Source: a bacterium (GTDB lineage Bacteria > UBA8248). From it: 64,000 bases of DNA. Of the stretch, positions 39,076 through 50,037 are shown piece after piece. The position numbers and the translations under genes were made by a program. Under the pieces are notes generated by a model. It searched no databases. It saw only the letters and a list, made by a program, of their open reading frames with translations, and had not been told where the DNA came from. The DNA is taken from positions 2,048,001 to 2,112,000 of the forward strand of contig OZ242260.1 in the NCBI GenBank assembly GCA_965207065.1, read 5' to 3'. The stretch's first letter is position 1, and each line of letters begins with the position of its first letter.

Positions 39076-40671
39076 ATGAAGTTCAAGAGCGCCACAATCA
39101 AGCACTTTAAACGTTTCACGAATTTGACCGTTCAGGGCATCCCTAAAACAGCTCGGCTGATCATGCTCGCAGGCCCGAACGGATGTGGTAAGTCGTCTTT
39201 TTTTGATGCGCTTCATACTTGGTATAACTGGGATGCCGGAAAGAATCCATCTTGGGAAATGGATTACCACGGTAAGGCTGGTTCACCTCATCGAAATCAA
39301 CTAACGGACGATGTCCAATCTGATTTTCACGATCCTTTACCTGAAGAACATAAAAAAATTCTCTATGTTAGATCAGCATATAGAAACGATCCTGAATTTC
39401 AAATTCAACAATTCAGACGAACTGGAAATTTGCTTGACGAGAATCGTATCTCACGCATGATCGATAATGATGCGACCGTTGCCCGGAATTTTGAAAGGTT
39501 AATTAGCCAAACGCTTGAAGACCTCTTTGAGCCTGAAGACGGATCAAAGACATTGGATAAATTTAAAGAGGAGATCATAGGAGATATCAGAACTGCGTTC
39601 TCTAAGCTGTTTCCTGATTTAGAACTCAATAGTCTTGGAAACCCTTTGGAGGATGGAACCTTTCGATTCACAAAGGGGACGAGCAAGGGTTTTTCATTCA
39701 AAAACCTCTCAGGCGGTGAAAAAGCCGTATTCGATCTGATACTCGATCTTGTAGTCGCCAAACGCGCTTACGACGATACTCTATTCTGTATCGACGAGCC
39801 TGAGTCACACATGAACGCTCGCCTTCAAGCTAAACTTCTGTCCGTGATCTACGACCTCATACCGGAAAACTGTCAATTGATGTTGGCGACCCACTCCATA
39901 GGAATGATGCGCCGAGCGCAAGAAATAGATAGGGAAAATCCGGGGAGTGTGGTGTTTTTGGATTTCGGCGATCATGACTTCGACAAATCACAAGTTATCG
40001 AGCCGACAATACCAAATCGTAAATTCTGGAAAAATGCCTATGATGTTGCACTTGATGATTTGGCTGCTTTGGTAGCCCCGAGTCGCGTCGTTATCTGCGA
40101 AGGTCAACCGCAGACACAGAACCCTGTTAATAATCATTCTCATGACGCACGATGCTATGAACGTATTTTCGAAAGTGAGTTTCCTGAAACACGATTTGTT
40201 TCGATGGGAAATGATAGAGAAGTTTCAGGAGATAGACACGGTTTAATGCAAGCACTTCATTCTTTAGTCGATGGTATGAGAGTGCTTCGTCTTATTGATC
40301 GAGATGATCGGACTCCCACGACAATCACTGAATTAAGAAAAGAAGGAGTCCGAGTTTTGTCGAAGCGCAATCTGGAAACCTATCTTTTCGACGATGAAGT
40401 TTTGCGGATGCTCACCGAGTCAGTAGGGCAGGGGCACAAAGCTGAAGAACTTATCGAGAAGAAACGGGTCATTCAAGCTGCTATTACCAATGGCGCGTCT
40501 GACGACCTTAAACCGGCGAGTGGGCAAATTTACAATACCTGCAAACGTGTTTTGGCTCTTACCCAATGCGGAAATAATACAAAAGAATTTATTCGAGACA
40601 CTCTTGCCCCGCTCATCAATCCAGGGATGACTGTATATGATGAATTGAAGCGGGATATTTTCGGTTCTTAG
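39076..40671 (+). CDS. ABC-type ATPase plus TOPRIM-like domain (OLD-family nuclease-like, putative defence protein)
   Basis: [33 protein letters not shown]; then VVICEG and LIDRDD; visibly lower GC than neighbours. Confidence 0.72.
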   Translation: MKFKSATIKHFKRFTNLTVQGIPKTARLIMLAGPNGCGKSSFFDALHTWYNWDAGKNPSWEMDYHGKAGSPHRNQLTDDVQSDFHDPLPEEHKKILYVRSAYRNDPEFQIQQFRRTGNLLDENRISRMIDNDATVARNFERLISQTLEDLFEPEDGSKTLDKFKEEIIGDIRTAFSKLFPDLELNSLGNPLEDGTFRFTKGTSKGFSFKNLSGGEKAVFDLILDLVVAKRAYDDTLFCIDEPESHMNARLQAKLLSVIYDLIPENCQLMLATHSIGMMRRAQEIDRENPGSVVFLDFGDHDFDKSQVIEPTIPNRKFWKNAYDVALDDLAALVAPSRVVICEGQPQTQNPVNNHSHDARCYERIFESEFPETRFVSMGNDREVSGDRHGLMQALHSLVDGMRVLRLIDRDDRTPTTITELRKEGVRVLSKRNLETYLFDDEVLRMLTESVGQGHKAEELIEKKRVIQAAITNGASDDLKPASGQIYNTCKRVLALTQCGNNTKEFIRDTLAPLINPGMTVYDELKRDIFGS

Positions 40672-40979
40672 TCGGATTTTGGATAGCCGAAAATGTTTCT
40701 TCCCACTCGCTCGACTTTTACCTCACCAGCGCGTTTCATCGCCTGCGCGAAGTCATAATCTGCCTGGAGGCCGTACCACACCTCGGCTCCACCGCCGAAG
40801 GCTTTATCGAGGCGTATCGCCATTTCGGGCGCGATGCGGGAACGCCCGTTGATGAGGCGGGATAATCCTTTACGGCTCACGCCGAGCTTCCGCGCAGCTT
40901 CGGTTACGCTCAGGCCCAGCGGCTTCAGGCAGTCATGGCGAATGGAAGGCCCCGGATGGGGCGGGTTCTTCATAGGCAT
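40668..40979 (-). CDS. higA: Orphan HigA-family antitoxin
   Basis: [10 protein letters not shown]...[23 protein letters not shown]...[19 protein letters not shown]; no adjacent toxin ORF. Confidence 0.85.
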   Translation of the reverse strand: MPMKNPPHPGPSIRHDCLKPLGLSVTEAARKLGVSRKGLSRLINGRSRIAPEMAIRLDKAFGGGAEVWYGLQADYDFAQAMKRAGEVKVERVGRNIFGYPKSD

Positions 40980-41013
40980 GTCTTGTATTCCTTTCATGAT
41001 GATCTGTCAGGTG

Positions 41014-41673
41014 CTACGGCCCGAGCCTCTCGACCCGCCACCCGCCATCTTCTTCCAGCATATAGCGCACACGGTCGTGGAGGCGGCTGTCGCGGTGCTG
41101 CCAGAATTCAATGCAGTGCGGTTTCAGGACGTAGCCGCCCCAGTGGGGGGGACGCGGCACGTCTCGGCCTGCGTATTTCGTTTCCAGGGCGCGCTCTTGT
41201 TCTTCGAGATATTCGCGGGAGGGAACCACGCAGCTCTGGGGTGAGGCCCACGCGCCTATCTGGCTGCCGCGCGGGCGGGAGGCGAAATAGGCGTCTGAAA
41301 TCCCGGCGGGCAGTAATTCCACGGCGCCTTCTACGCGCACCTGCCGGGCGGGGGGCTTCCAGTGGAAAACGAGGGCGGCTCTGGTGTCGCGCGCGAGCTG
41401 CTCGGCCTTGTCGCTCTCGTAGTTCGTGAAGAAGGGAAAGTCCGCCTCCGCGTAGCCCAGGTCCGCGAGGTCCTTGTAGAGGACGATGCGGGCTGCGGGC
41501 GCGCCGCCCGGCCCCAGCGTGGCGAGCGTCATCGCGTCCTCGCGGGGGATGCCTGCGTTTCGGGCCTGCGCATACCAGCGGCGGAATTGCGCGATGGGGT
41601 CGCCGTCGACACTCGCGACGTCAAGCGCTTCCGCCGCCATCTCCCGGATTAGATTTTCATCCATTTCATTCAT
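41014..41673 (-). CDS. pdxH: Pyridoxine/pyridoxamine 5'-phosphate oxidase
   Basis: AMTLAT, RIVLYK, FFTNYES.K, RQVRVEG, YFASRPRGSQIGAWASPQS, RPPHWGG, EFWQ...RLHDR, RLGP. Confidence 0.96.
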   Translation of the reverse strand: MNEMDENLIREMAAEALDVASVDGDPIAQFRRWYAQARNAGIPREDAMTLATLGPGGAPAARIVLYKDLADLGYAEADFPFFTNYESDKAEQLARDTRAALVFHWKPPARQVRVEGAVELLPAGISDAYFASRPRGSQIGAWASPQSCVVPSREYLEEQERALETKYAGRDVPRPPHWGGYVLKPHCIEFWQHRDSRLHDRVRYMLEEDGGWRVERLGP

Positions 41674-41719
41674 CTTTCATTGCTCAATCAGGCGGCGGAT
41701 TCGGGGTTAATCGCGTTTA

Positions 41720-41914
41720 ACCCCCCAAACCCCCATTGTCAGGGGGGCTTTTTTTCTTACCCCCCTGTCAAGGGGGGGTAGGGGGGGGTGTTTTTCCGGT
41801 CGAGAGAGGTGCCCCTCTACTCCCTGAAAAGGAGGTTTTTTCAACAACCCCTCATCACTCGGAATGACGAAGAAAATCTCGCCGCCTCTGGGACAGGTCA
41901 CGACCTGTCCCTAC
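41720..41914. repeat. Partial MITE (C-run/TGTC/G-run hairpins plus IS1182-like end) followed by a REP-like palindrome
   Basis: ~41750-41851 is the reverse complement of ~42522-42620; GGGACAGGTCACGACCTGTCCCTAC at 41890-41914. Confidence 0.75.
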
Positions 41915-41951
41915 GAAACCGGCACTTTATCAACACCCCCATTCAGCGCCC

Positions 41952-42422
41952 TTATTTCTTCCCCGTCACGCCGACTTGCACGATGCGGGTCTTGTCCACG
42001 CCCGCGACGCCCACGTATTTGAAGGACTTGCCGTCGAGTACGCGCGCCTGAAAGCCCTGGACGACCACCTTCTTCGCGCCGCTCAGGATCGCGGCGAACG
42101 GCGCCGCCTGCGACTTGGCGTTCACGTCGGTGGGGAACTTGAAACTCGTCCCCGGTATGTTGGTGAACTCGATCCGGCCCTTCTCGTCGCTGATCCAGAA
42201 TTCCGAGATCACAGAGTTTTTCGCCACCTCGGCGAGAGCGGCGTTAATCTCTTTTTTGCTCATGCCCGCATTGAGGGCCGCGGCGATGAAGTGCGCCGTC
42301 AGCTTGGCTTGCGCAACCATGTGCTTCGAGACGGCGTCGTCCATCGCGCGGGCCTTCTCCGCACCGACGCCGAAGGCGAGGCAAAGGCTGAAAGCCAGTG
42401 TGGCTAGAATGGTTTTTCTCAT
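41952..42422 (-). CDS. Secreted protein, stand-alone Cache-like sensor domain
   Basis: Signal peptide MRKTILATLAFSLCLAFGVGA; EFWISDEKGRIEFTN...FKYVGVAGVDKTRIVQVG resembles chemoreceptor periplasmic domains; GAGAGGAAG RBS. Confidence 0.6.
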   Translation of the reverse strand: MRKTILATLAFSLCLAFGVGAEKARAMDDAVSKHMVAQAKLTAHFIAAALNAGMSKKEINAALAEVAKNSVISEFWISDEKGRIEFTNIPGTSFKFPTDVNAKSQAAPFAAILSGAKKVVVQGFQARVLDGKSFKYVGVAGVDKTRIVQVGVTGKK

Positions 42423-42521
42423 CTTCCTCTCCTCATGGTTTCGGCAAACGCGGAAAGTTTTCCACAAGATTCCGGCGGATGATACTAGGGCGCGAAACCA
42501 CCGCGCAAGGGGGCGGTTCTC

Positions 42522-42725
42522 GGGGTGGTTGAAAAAGTCCCCTTTTCAGGAGGTAGAGGGGACGTTCCTCTCGCCCTGAAAACCAACCCCCCCTACCCCC
42601 CCTTGTCAGGGGGGCAAGAAAAAACAAAAGCCCCTCATCTGGCGGTGGGCGTCGCTTTTTTTACCCCCCTGACAAGGGGGGGTAGGGGGGGTTGCTCCTT
42701 TGACAAAGGCTTTTTCAACAGTCCC
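42522..42725 (+). mobile_element. MITE with IS1182-like ends and two internal inverted CCCCCCTTGTCAGGGGGG hairpins
   Basis: GGGGTGGTTGAAAAAGTCCC ... GGCTTTTTCAACAGTCCC; a second right end GGTTTTTCAACAACTCC at ~42756-42772. Confidence 0.7.
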
Positions 42726-42790
42726 GATGGGGGAGGAATCGACCGAGCGAGGAGAGGTTTTTCAACAACTCCTTCTCCGCCCCTCCGCGC

Positions 42791-43498
42791 TCAGGAACCC
42801 TTATTCACCGCCTGGACGTCGTTCTGCGCCGGGTCGTTTGGGTGCACCCTGTCGGGCTGGATGTAGGGGGCCTGCATCTCGAAGATGTCCTGCGTGCGGC
42901 AGTACCGGGGACCGCCCAGCCTGCCCACGGGCTGGAGCTTCGCGGGGTCGATGTATACCTTCTCCTCATCGGTGAGTATCAGGTCCTCGCGCACGTGCCA
43001 GCGGAGCACCTCCCCGATGATCAGGTGCGTCACCCACTCATCGCCGAAGGGAATCATGCGCTCGAGGCGGCACTCCATCGCCACCGGGGCGTCCTTGATG
43101 CGGGGCGCGTCCACGAGGTCTGCGGGGACCATTTCGAGGCCCGCCGCCTCGAACTCGCTCTCATCGGGGGCGAAGTTGCCCGCGCACACGTTCATCGCCT
43201 CCTCCCAGCCGTTCACCACCGTGTGGATGACGTAGCCCTTGGTGTCGAGAATGTTGCGCGCGGTGTCCTTCGGCTTCATCACGCGCTCGCCGATGGAAAC
43301 CCGCTCGCCGACGGAGATCGACGCCATCGGCGGGTGGTGTGACACCATGGTGAAGAAGCTGAAGGGCGCCAGGTTCGCGACGCCGTCCGCGCTCATCGTG
43401 CTCACCCAGGCGATGGGCCGGGGGACGACCGAGCCGATGAGGAGGCGGTAGATCTGCTGGGGGTCTATGTCGGAGGCGTCGAAAATGCGGTAGTTCAT
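42791..43498 (-). CDS. Flavin reductase family protein
   Basis: VVPRPIAWVST, NLAPFSFF, KDTARNI, ESEFEAAGL, APRIKDAPVAMECR, PVGRLGG..Y. Confidence 0.9.
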   Translation of the reverse strand: MNYRIFDASDIDPQQIYRLLIGSVVPRPIAWVSTMSADGVANLAPFSFFTMVSHHPPMASISVGERVSIGERVMKPKDTARNILDTKGYVIHTVVNGWEEAMNVCAGNFAPDESEFEAAGLEMVPADLVDAPRIKDAPVAMECRLERMIPFGDEWVTHLIIGEVLRWHVREDLILTDEEKVYIDPAKLQPVGRLGGPRYCRTQDIFEMQAPYIQPDRVHPNDPAQNDVQAVNKGS

Positions 43499-43507
43499 CT
43501 GTTGTCC

Positions 43508-44641
43508 TTATGTCGTGAGAGGGGAGGACGCGGGTTGGTTCTCCGGGTAATCGAGCCGCGCAGGGTTCGTGTCCGCTAGGAGCGGCATCACCTCGCGCCC
43601 GAAAATCTCGGCTTCCTCGAGATGCGGCCAGCCTGAGAGGATGAAGTTGCGGACGCCCAGATCGACGTATTCCCTGAGCGCCTCGGCCAGCATGTCCGGC
43701 GTGCCGACCAGCATGGCGGCCGCGCCCGAGCGCACCTTGTTCACGCCCATCCAGAGGGTATCGGTGAGCCAGGGGGAGCCGCCCTCATACAACTCGTTCA
43801 TGCGGCGCTGGCCCTCGCTCTCGGAGCGATTCCTCTGGTCGGCCCACATCCGCGTGTTCTCGAGCGCGCTGTCCTCTAAAAGCGCCTCCGCGGCGCGTCG
43901 GGCTTCTTTCTGGGTCTCGCGGCACATCACGTGGAGGCGCAAGCCGAAGCGAAGGTCGTCGCGCCCGACTTCCTCCGCGCGGCGTCGCATGTCCGCGGCG
44001 TCCTCGGCGACTTGCTCCGGCGCTACCGCCCACATCATGTGCACGTCGGCGTGCTTGGCGCCCACGCTGCGGCCGGCTTCCGAGCTTCCGCCCAGGAAAA
44101 TCGTGGGATGGGGCTTCGAGACGGGCTCGGCGTACAGCGTGGCGTTCTCGACCTGGTAATACTTTCCCGAATAGCTCACCGGCTCATCGCTCGTCCAGAG
44201 CGCTTTCACGACGTCCAGGAACTCCTCCGTCCGCGCGTAGCGCTCCGCGTGGTCGAGGTGGTCGCCGTAGCGTTTCTGGTCCACCGGCGTCGAACCCGTC
44301 ACCACGTTCACGGTGAGCCGCCCGCCCGTTACGGCGTCGTATGTGTTCGCCTGCTGGGCGGTGAGCACGGGACTCGAAAGCCCGGGCCTAAAGGCCACGC
44401 AGAACTTGATGCGCGCGGTGCGCTGCGCGACGGCCAGGGTGATCATCCAGGCGTCCAGGCAATGCGTGCCCGTCGGCACGAGGAGGTTCACGAAGCCCGC
44501 GTCTTCCGCTGCGCGCGCCACTTCCGAGATGTACTTCACCGTCGGGGGACGCTCGGGCGTCTTGGCGTTGATGGTGTGCCCGTCGCCGTATCTTCCCGTC
44601 GGCAGAAACCATGCGTATTCGGTGGAGGTCAAGTTTCTCAT
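43508..44641 (-). CDS. LLM-class FMNH2-dependent monooxygenase (SsuD-like)
   Basis: WFLPT..GDG, LVPTG..CLDAW, AFRPG, NVVTG, RYARTEEFL, GGSSEAG, LVGTP, FILSGWPHLEEA. Confidence 0.88.
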   Translation of the reverse strand: MRNLTSTEYAWFLPTGRYGDGHTINAKTPERPPTVKYISEVARAAEDAGFVNLLVPTGTHCLDAWMITLAVAQRTARIKFCVAFRPGLSSPVLTAQQANTYDAVTGGRLTVNVVTGSTPVDQKRYGDHLDHAERYARTEEFLDVVKALWTSDEPVSYSGKYYQVENATLYAEPVSKPHPTIFLGGSSEAGRSVGAKHADVHMMWAVAPEQVAEDAADMRRRAEEVGRDDLRFGLRLHVMCRETQKEARRAAEALLEDSALENTRMWADQRNRSESEGQRRMNELYEGGSPWLTDTLWMGVNKVRSGAAAMLVGTPDMLAEALREYVDLGVRNFILSGWPHLEEAEIFGREVMPLLADTNPARLDYPENQPASSPLTT

Positions 44642-44747
44642 CCTTCGCGATGCGTACGGAAAAGGGCGACCCGCCGCATGGGCCGCCCGTATATCCTTGT
44701 ATCATACTGCTCGCCCCCGCTTGCGGGGCGAATCCTTCGACTCCTCG

Positions 44748-45392
44748 TCAGGCGGTCGCCGCCTCCGTCTGTTCGGCCAGCAGTTTGTCGAGCAACTCCT
44801 CGATGCGCTCCGATTCCATCCAGTCGGACTTGTAGGCGATCTTGCCTTCCTTATCCACGATGAACGTCATGTTCGGCATGCGCCCGAAGGCGTGCACGAC
44901 GCTCTCGTCCAGGTCGTCGATGAGCACGGGCACCTTCATCCCGAATTCCGACACCATCTCCTGCGCGTACTGTTTCTTGTGTTCATACGTCTCGTGCTGC
45001 GCGTATTTCTTGAAATGGCGCGTCTCCCCCGCGTGGGGTTCCTTGGAGTAGACGACGAAGAAGACCACGTCCTCATCCTTGTACTTTTCCTGCAAATCCT
45101 CGACGCCGGCTACCTGCCGGCGGTAGGGGGGTCACGTGATGGCCCCGAACTCGACCACGATGTTCTTCTTGCCCTTGAAATCGGAGAGGTCGAAAGCGGC
45201 GTCGTCCGAGGTCTTCAAGCGCACGTCCGGCATCGGGTCGCCCGGCTTCAGGGTGTCGCGGAACGCTTGCTTGCGCTCTTTTCGCGCTCCCATGAGGTTT
45301 CGCTTGATGAACTGCCATTTGTCGATATAAAACGCGCTCCAAAGCCCGAACAGCGGGCCCGGCGGCCTGTCGAATTCATCCGCTTCTCGCAT
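44748..45392 (-). CDS. Iodothyronine-deiodinase-like thioredoxin-fold selenoprotein (Sec at codon 87, TGA 45134-45132)
   Basis: ORFs 45132-45458 and 44748-45095 are in the same frame; read-through gives FGAIT-U-PPY...FFVVYSKEPH...QHETYE...PVLIDD; GGAG RBS before ATG 45392. Confidence 0.85.
45104..45122 (-). promoter_or_regulatory. Bacterial SECIS-like hairpin
   Basis: CGCCGGC-AGGUA-GCCGGCG, 7-bp perfect stem; loop starts 17 nt 3' of the UGA. Confidence 0.7.
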
Positions 45393-45529
45393 ACTCACTC
45401 CAGATATGGGTTGAAAAAGATGTCGCCCCATTAAAAACGAACGGGGCGAGAAGCGCAAGGGGAGGGGTGGGAGTTCTTGGTGACGAGTTCGAATTCTTGC
45501 AACATCAATTATCGCGGATTTACGTTTCC

Positions 45530-45558
45530 TTGACTCGTTTTCTCAATCAGTCTACTCT
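45530..45558 (+). promoter_or_regulatory. Sigma70-type promoter upstream of the Panacea TA pair
   Basis: TTGACT-17 bp-TACTCT. Confidence 0.45.
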
Positions 45559-45678
45559 GCTGTCAGGCGCCTGAGGCATTTCGCAATACCCGTATGGCTT
45601 CTGCCACGCGAGGGGGTGGCGACCCTCCAGGCGCGACAATTAGTGGAATATCTGTAGTTCCCCCCGAAGGAAGTCCAC

Positions 45679-46215
45679 ATGACAATCCGCTTCGAGATGA
45701 ACGAAGACAAAGCCATCGAGGTATTGACCTGGCTTGCGAACGAACAGCCGGGGATCGGTGCGTTTCACGTCTCGAAGGTTCTTTATTATGCGGACAAGGA
45801 ACACCTGAACCGCTACGGCAGGCCCGTGGTAGGGGATACCTATATCCGAATGGAATTCGGCCCTGTGCCCTCGAAAACATACGATCTGATCAAGAAAGAA
45901 AACCTGGAGCTTGGTGTTCTCAAGAGATTCAGGGAAGCCGTCGATGTACGAGGCGGTTTTCGACACCTGCATCCCCTGAGAGCGCCGAACATGGATATGC
46001 TCTCAAAGACGGATGTCGCGTGCCTTTCGAATGCGCTCAAAAAATACGGAACCCGTGACTTCGGGGTCCTGAGCAGGATTTCACATCGTGAAACCGCTTG
46101 GACGGAGGCGCCGGAAAACGGGCCGATGGCCTATGAGCACATGATCGAGCAAGGCCCCGACCAGGCGGAGATCATACAAAACCTCAAAGAGCATTCGCAT
46201 CAAATCGCATTTTAG
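45679..46215 (+). CDS. Panacea (DUF4065/SocA-like) domain antitoxin
   Basis: KVLYYADKEHL..YGRPVVGDTY.RMEFGPVPS..YD, LSKTDV, LSRISH.ETAW. Confidence 0.85.
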   Translation: MTIRFEMNEDKAIEVLTWLANEQPGIGAFHVSKVLYYADKEHLNRYGRPVVGDTYIRMEFGPVPSKTYDLIKKENLELGVLKRFREAVDVRGGFRHLHPLRAPNMDMLSKTDVACLSNALKKYGTRDFGVLSRISHRETAWTEAPENGPMAYEHMIEQGPDQAEIIQNLKEHSHQIAF

Positions 46216-46218
46216 GAG

Positions 46219-46584
46219 ATGCGCTCCGGCAATGTTTTTCATTACCACAGCCGTGTTACCAGACCACCCAAAGACAAGTTCATCATCTGTGTCTGTCCCG
46301 AAGAACTCCTGTTCTTTTTCATCAACTCCAACCCGCCCATCCCGGTAGGCGCGGGGGTCGAAATCACGCCTTCCGATCTTCCCTGTCTGAGCCATTTATC
46401 TTATGTTGATACGTCGATGATGATCATGGTTTACCCCGACGAACTCGATGAGACATCGGCGAGAGGGGAGATATCGTTGCCCACGCGTCGAAGGATTGCG
46501 GCATGCGCCCGAAGCCACGGGATTCTTCCGGAGAGATTCCTGGGGATACTGGAGAGGAATTTCCTTACATCGTTTTCCAATTGA
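46219..46584 (+). CDS. Putative toxin partner of the Panacea antitoxin (possibly PemK/MazF-like fold)
   Basis: 3 bp downstream of the antitoxin; G.VF.......PPKDKFIICV...FFFINS...I...D.P.L.H.SYVD pattern. Confidence 0.55.
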   Translation: MRSGNVFHYHSRVTRPPKDKFIICVCPEELLFFFINSNPPIPVGAGVEITPSDLPCLSHLSYVDTSMMIMVYPDELDETSARGEISLPTRRRIAACARSHGILPERFLGILERNFLTSFSN

Positions 46585-46739
46585 TCCCCTTAGGTCTGAT
46601 TGTATATATCCCCCTGCTCCCCCCCAAATTCACGCGGCCCCGCGAATCTGGTATGCTCGGGCCGTGGCGTCCCTTGTGTCTCGCGCGGCGCCCGCCAGAT
46701 GATCGAACCAGCCGCTTTCCTCCCCCAAGGAGGGGGACG

Positions 46740-48560
<1,821 letters not shown>

Positions 48561-48572
<12 letters not shown>

Positions 48573-48756
48573 AAAAAGCCCTAATCACTCAGTATTAACC
48601 ACCGACGTCATTCCGGGATCATTGCCGTTTTCGTGTAGGTCGGACATATATGTCCGACATACATGCGTCCCGCATGCCGGACGGGAAGGGCCGCATATAT
48701 GCTGCCCCTACAGGTGGAATCCCAACTCAACAGCAAGGGGATTTTCAACAACCCCC
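48561..48756. mobile_element. 196-bp MITE with perfect 15-bp inverted ends enclosing a GTAG-type REP pair
   Basis: GGGGGTTGTTGAAAA ... TTTTCAACAACCCCC; internal TGTAGGTCGGACATATATGTCCGAC ... GGGCCGCATATATGCTGCCCCTACA (48634-48712). Confidence 0.75.
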
Positions 48757-48771
48757 GAAGGGTGAGACCCC

Positions 48772-49944
48772 CTAATCCTCGTCACTCAGCGTGAACGCGC
48801 CGTCGCTCGCTGGTATGTAGGTCTCGGGCAGGCCGAGTTCTTTCTTCACGATGTTCGTCCCGCGCGATAGCGCCACCATCTTGTAGAACGCGTGGCGGCG
48901 GCTCATGCCCTCGCGCCCGAAGCCGCAGTCGGTGGAGATGCAGAGCCGCTCGGCGGGAATCGTCTCGAGCGCCTTGCGGATGAGGGCGGCCACCTCTTCG
49001 GGGCGCTCCACCTGGAGTCCCCGGTGGTTGATGACGCCGATGGCCACCTTGGGCTTGGTGATTCGCTTTCCGATCTCGTCTAAGTCCATGCCGCCCGTGC
49101 TCGCGCACTCGAAGGTGAGCACGTCCACGTCCAGTTCGTTCATGTACTCCAGCGCGGGCGCATAGCTCTTGGACGCCTCATAGAAACGCTGCTGGGCCGG
49201 GTTCCCCCAGCAGGTGTGGCACCAGAGCTCGAGCTTGTCCCTCAGGCCCGCCACGCTCCTGTTGAACGCGTCCACGTAGAACTCCATCGACATCTCCGAA
49301 TCCTCGGCGTGAAAATCGAAGCGGTGCACCCAGGGTTCTTCCACCTGGAATACCTGGCAGCCCGCGTCCGCGAGGCGGTGAAATTCCGCGTGCATGATTT
49401 CGCACAGGTCCAGACATAGCTCGCGCCTGTCGTCATAGAACTCGTTCGAGATGATGGATTCCACGCAATCAGCGCTGATGGAGCCGAACTTGAGCGGCTT
49501 GTCCGTCATCGCCTGCGCGCAGCGCCACATCTGGGCGTATTCGAGGGGGCCCTCGCTCACCTTGCCGGTGACCCTGGGGAGCATCCTCGCTTCCAGCACC
49601 TCGTACATGATCTCGCCCGGCACGGAACCGCCCCAGGTCGCGTGGCTTCTCGATGTTTCATAGCCGGAGAAGCCGCCCAGCCTGTCTACGATGTAGCCCA
49701 CCCAGTCGCGCCCGCCCACGTTGGTGTCAAAGCGCGCGTCGCCGTCGGTCACGACGTCCAGCCCCGCGCGCTCCTGATCCCGGATCACGCAGGAGACGTT
49801 GTCGAGATACTGCTCGCGGAAGTCCGCGTCGATCATCGCCTGGCGGAACGTCCTGCGCCCGATGTTCTGGCGGAACCAGGCCGGCCGGGGCAGGGAGCCC
49901 GTGATGGTGGTGGGAAGTATGAGGTCACTCGTGGCGATGTACAT
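48772..49944 (-). CDS. Cobalamin-independent methionine synthase II family protein (catalytic half only)
   Basis: TTITGSLPRP, QERAGLDVVTDG, Zn ligands HTC, FE, STDCGF. Confidence 0.85.
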   Translation of the reverse strand: MYIATSDLILPTTITGSLPRPAWFRQNIGRRTFRQAMIDADFREQYLDNVSCVIRDQERAGLDVVTDGDARFDTNVGGRDWVGYIVDRLGGFSGYETSRSHATWGGSVPGEIMYEVLEARMLPRVTGKVSEGPLEYAQMWRCAQAMTDKPLKFGSISADCVESIISNEFYDDRRELCLDLCEIMHAEFHRLADAGCQVFQVEEPWVHRFDFHAEDSEMSMEFYVDAFNRSVAGLRDKLELWCHTCWGNPAQQRFYEASKSYAPALEYMNELDVDVLTFECASTGGMDLDEIGKRITKPKVAIGVINHRGLQVERPEEVAALIRKALETIPAERLCISTDCGFGREGMSRRHAFYKMVALSRGTNIVKKELGLPETYIPASDGAFTLSDED

Positions 49945-50037
49945 GTCGATTCCTCCGCTCGAAATGGTTTCGGCGAATCATCTTCCTCGGGTAGACGGAT
50001 AGCCGTTGCTGAATACCTCCTCATTTCCGCGCGCGTC

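Noticed and set aside
44748-45458. Pseudogene or two separate small genes
   Set aside because: The single stop is TGA at the catalytic position, the frame continues, a SECIS-like hairpin follows, and there are no other lesions
48772-49944. Calling this gene metE
   Set aside because: It lacks the N-terminal folate-binding half of canonical MetE, so no symbol was assigned
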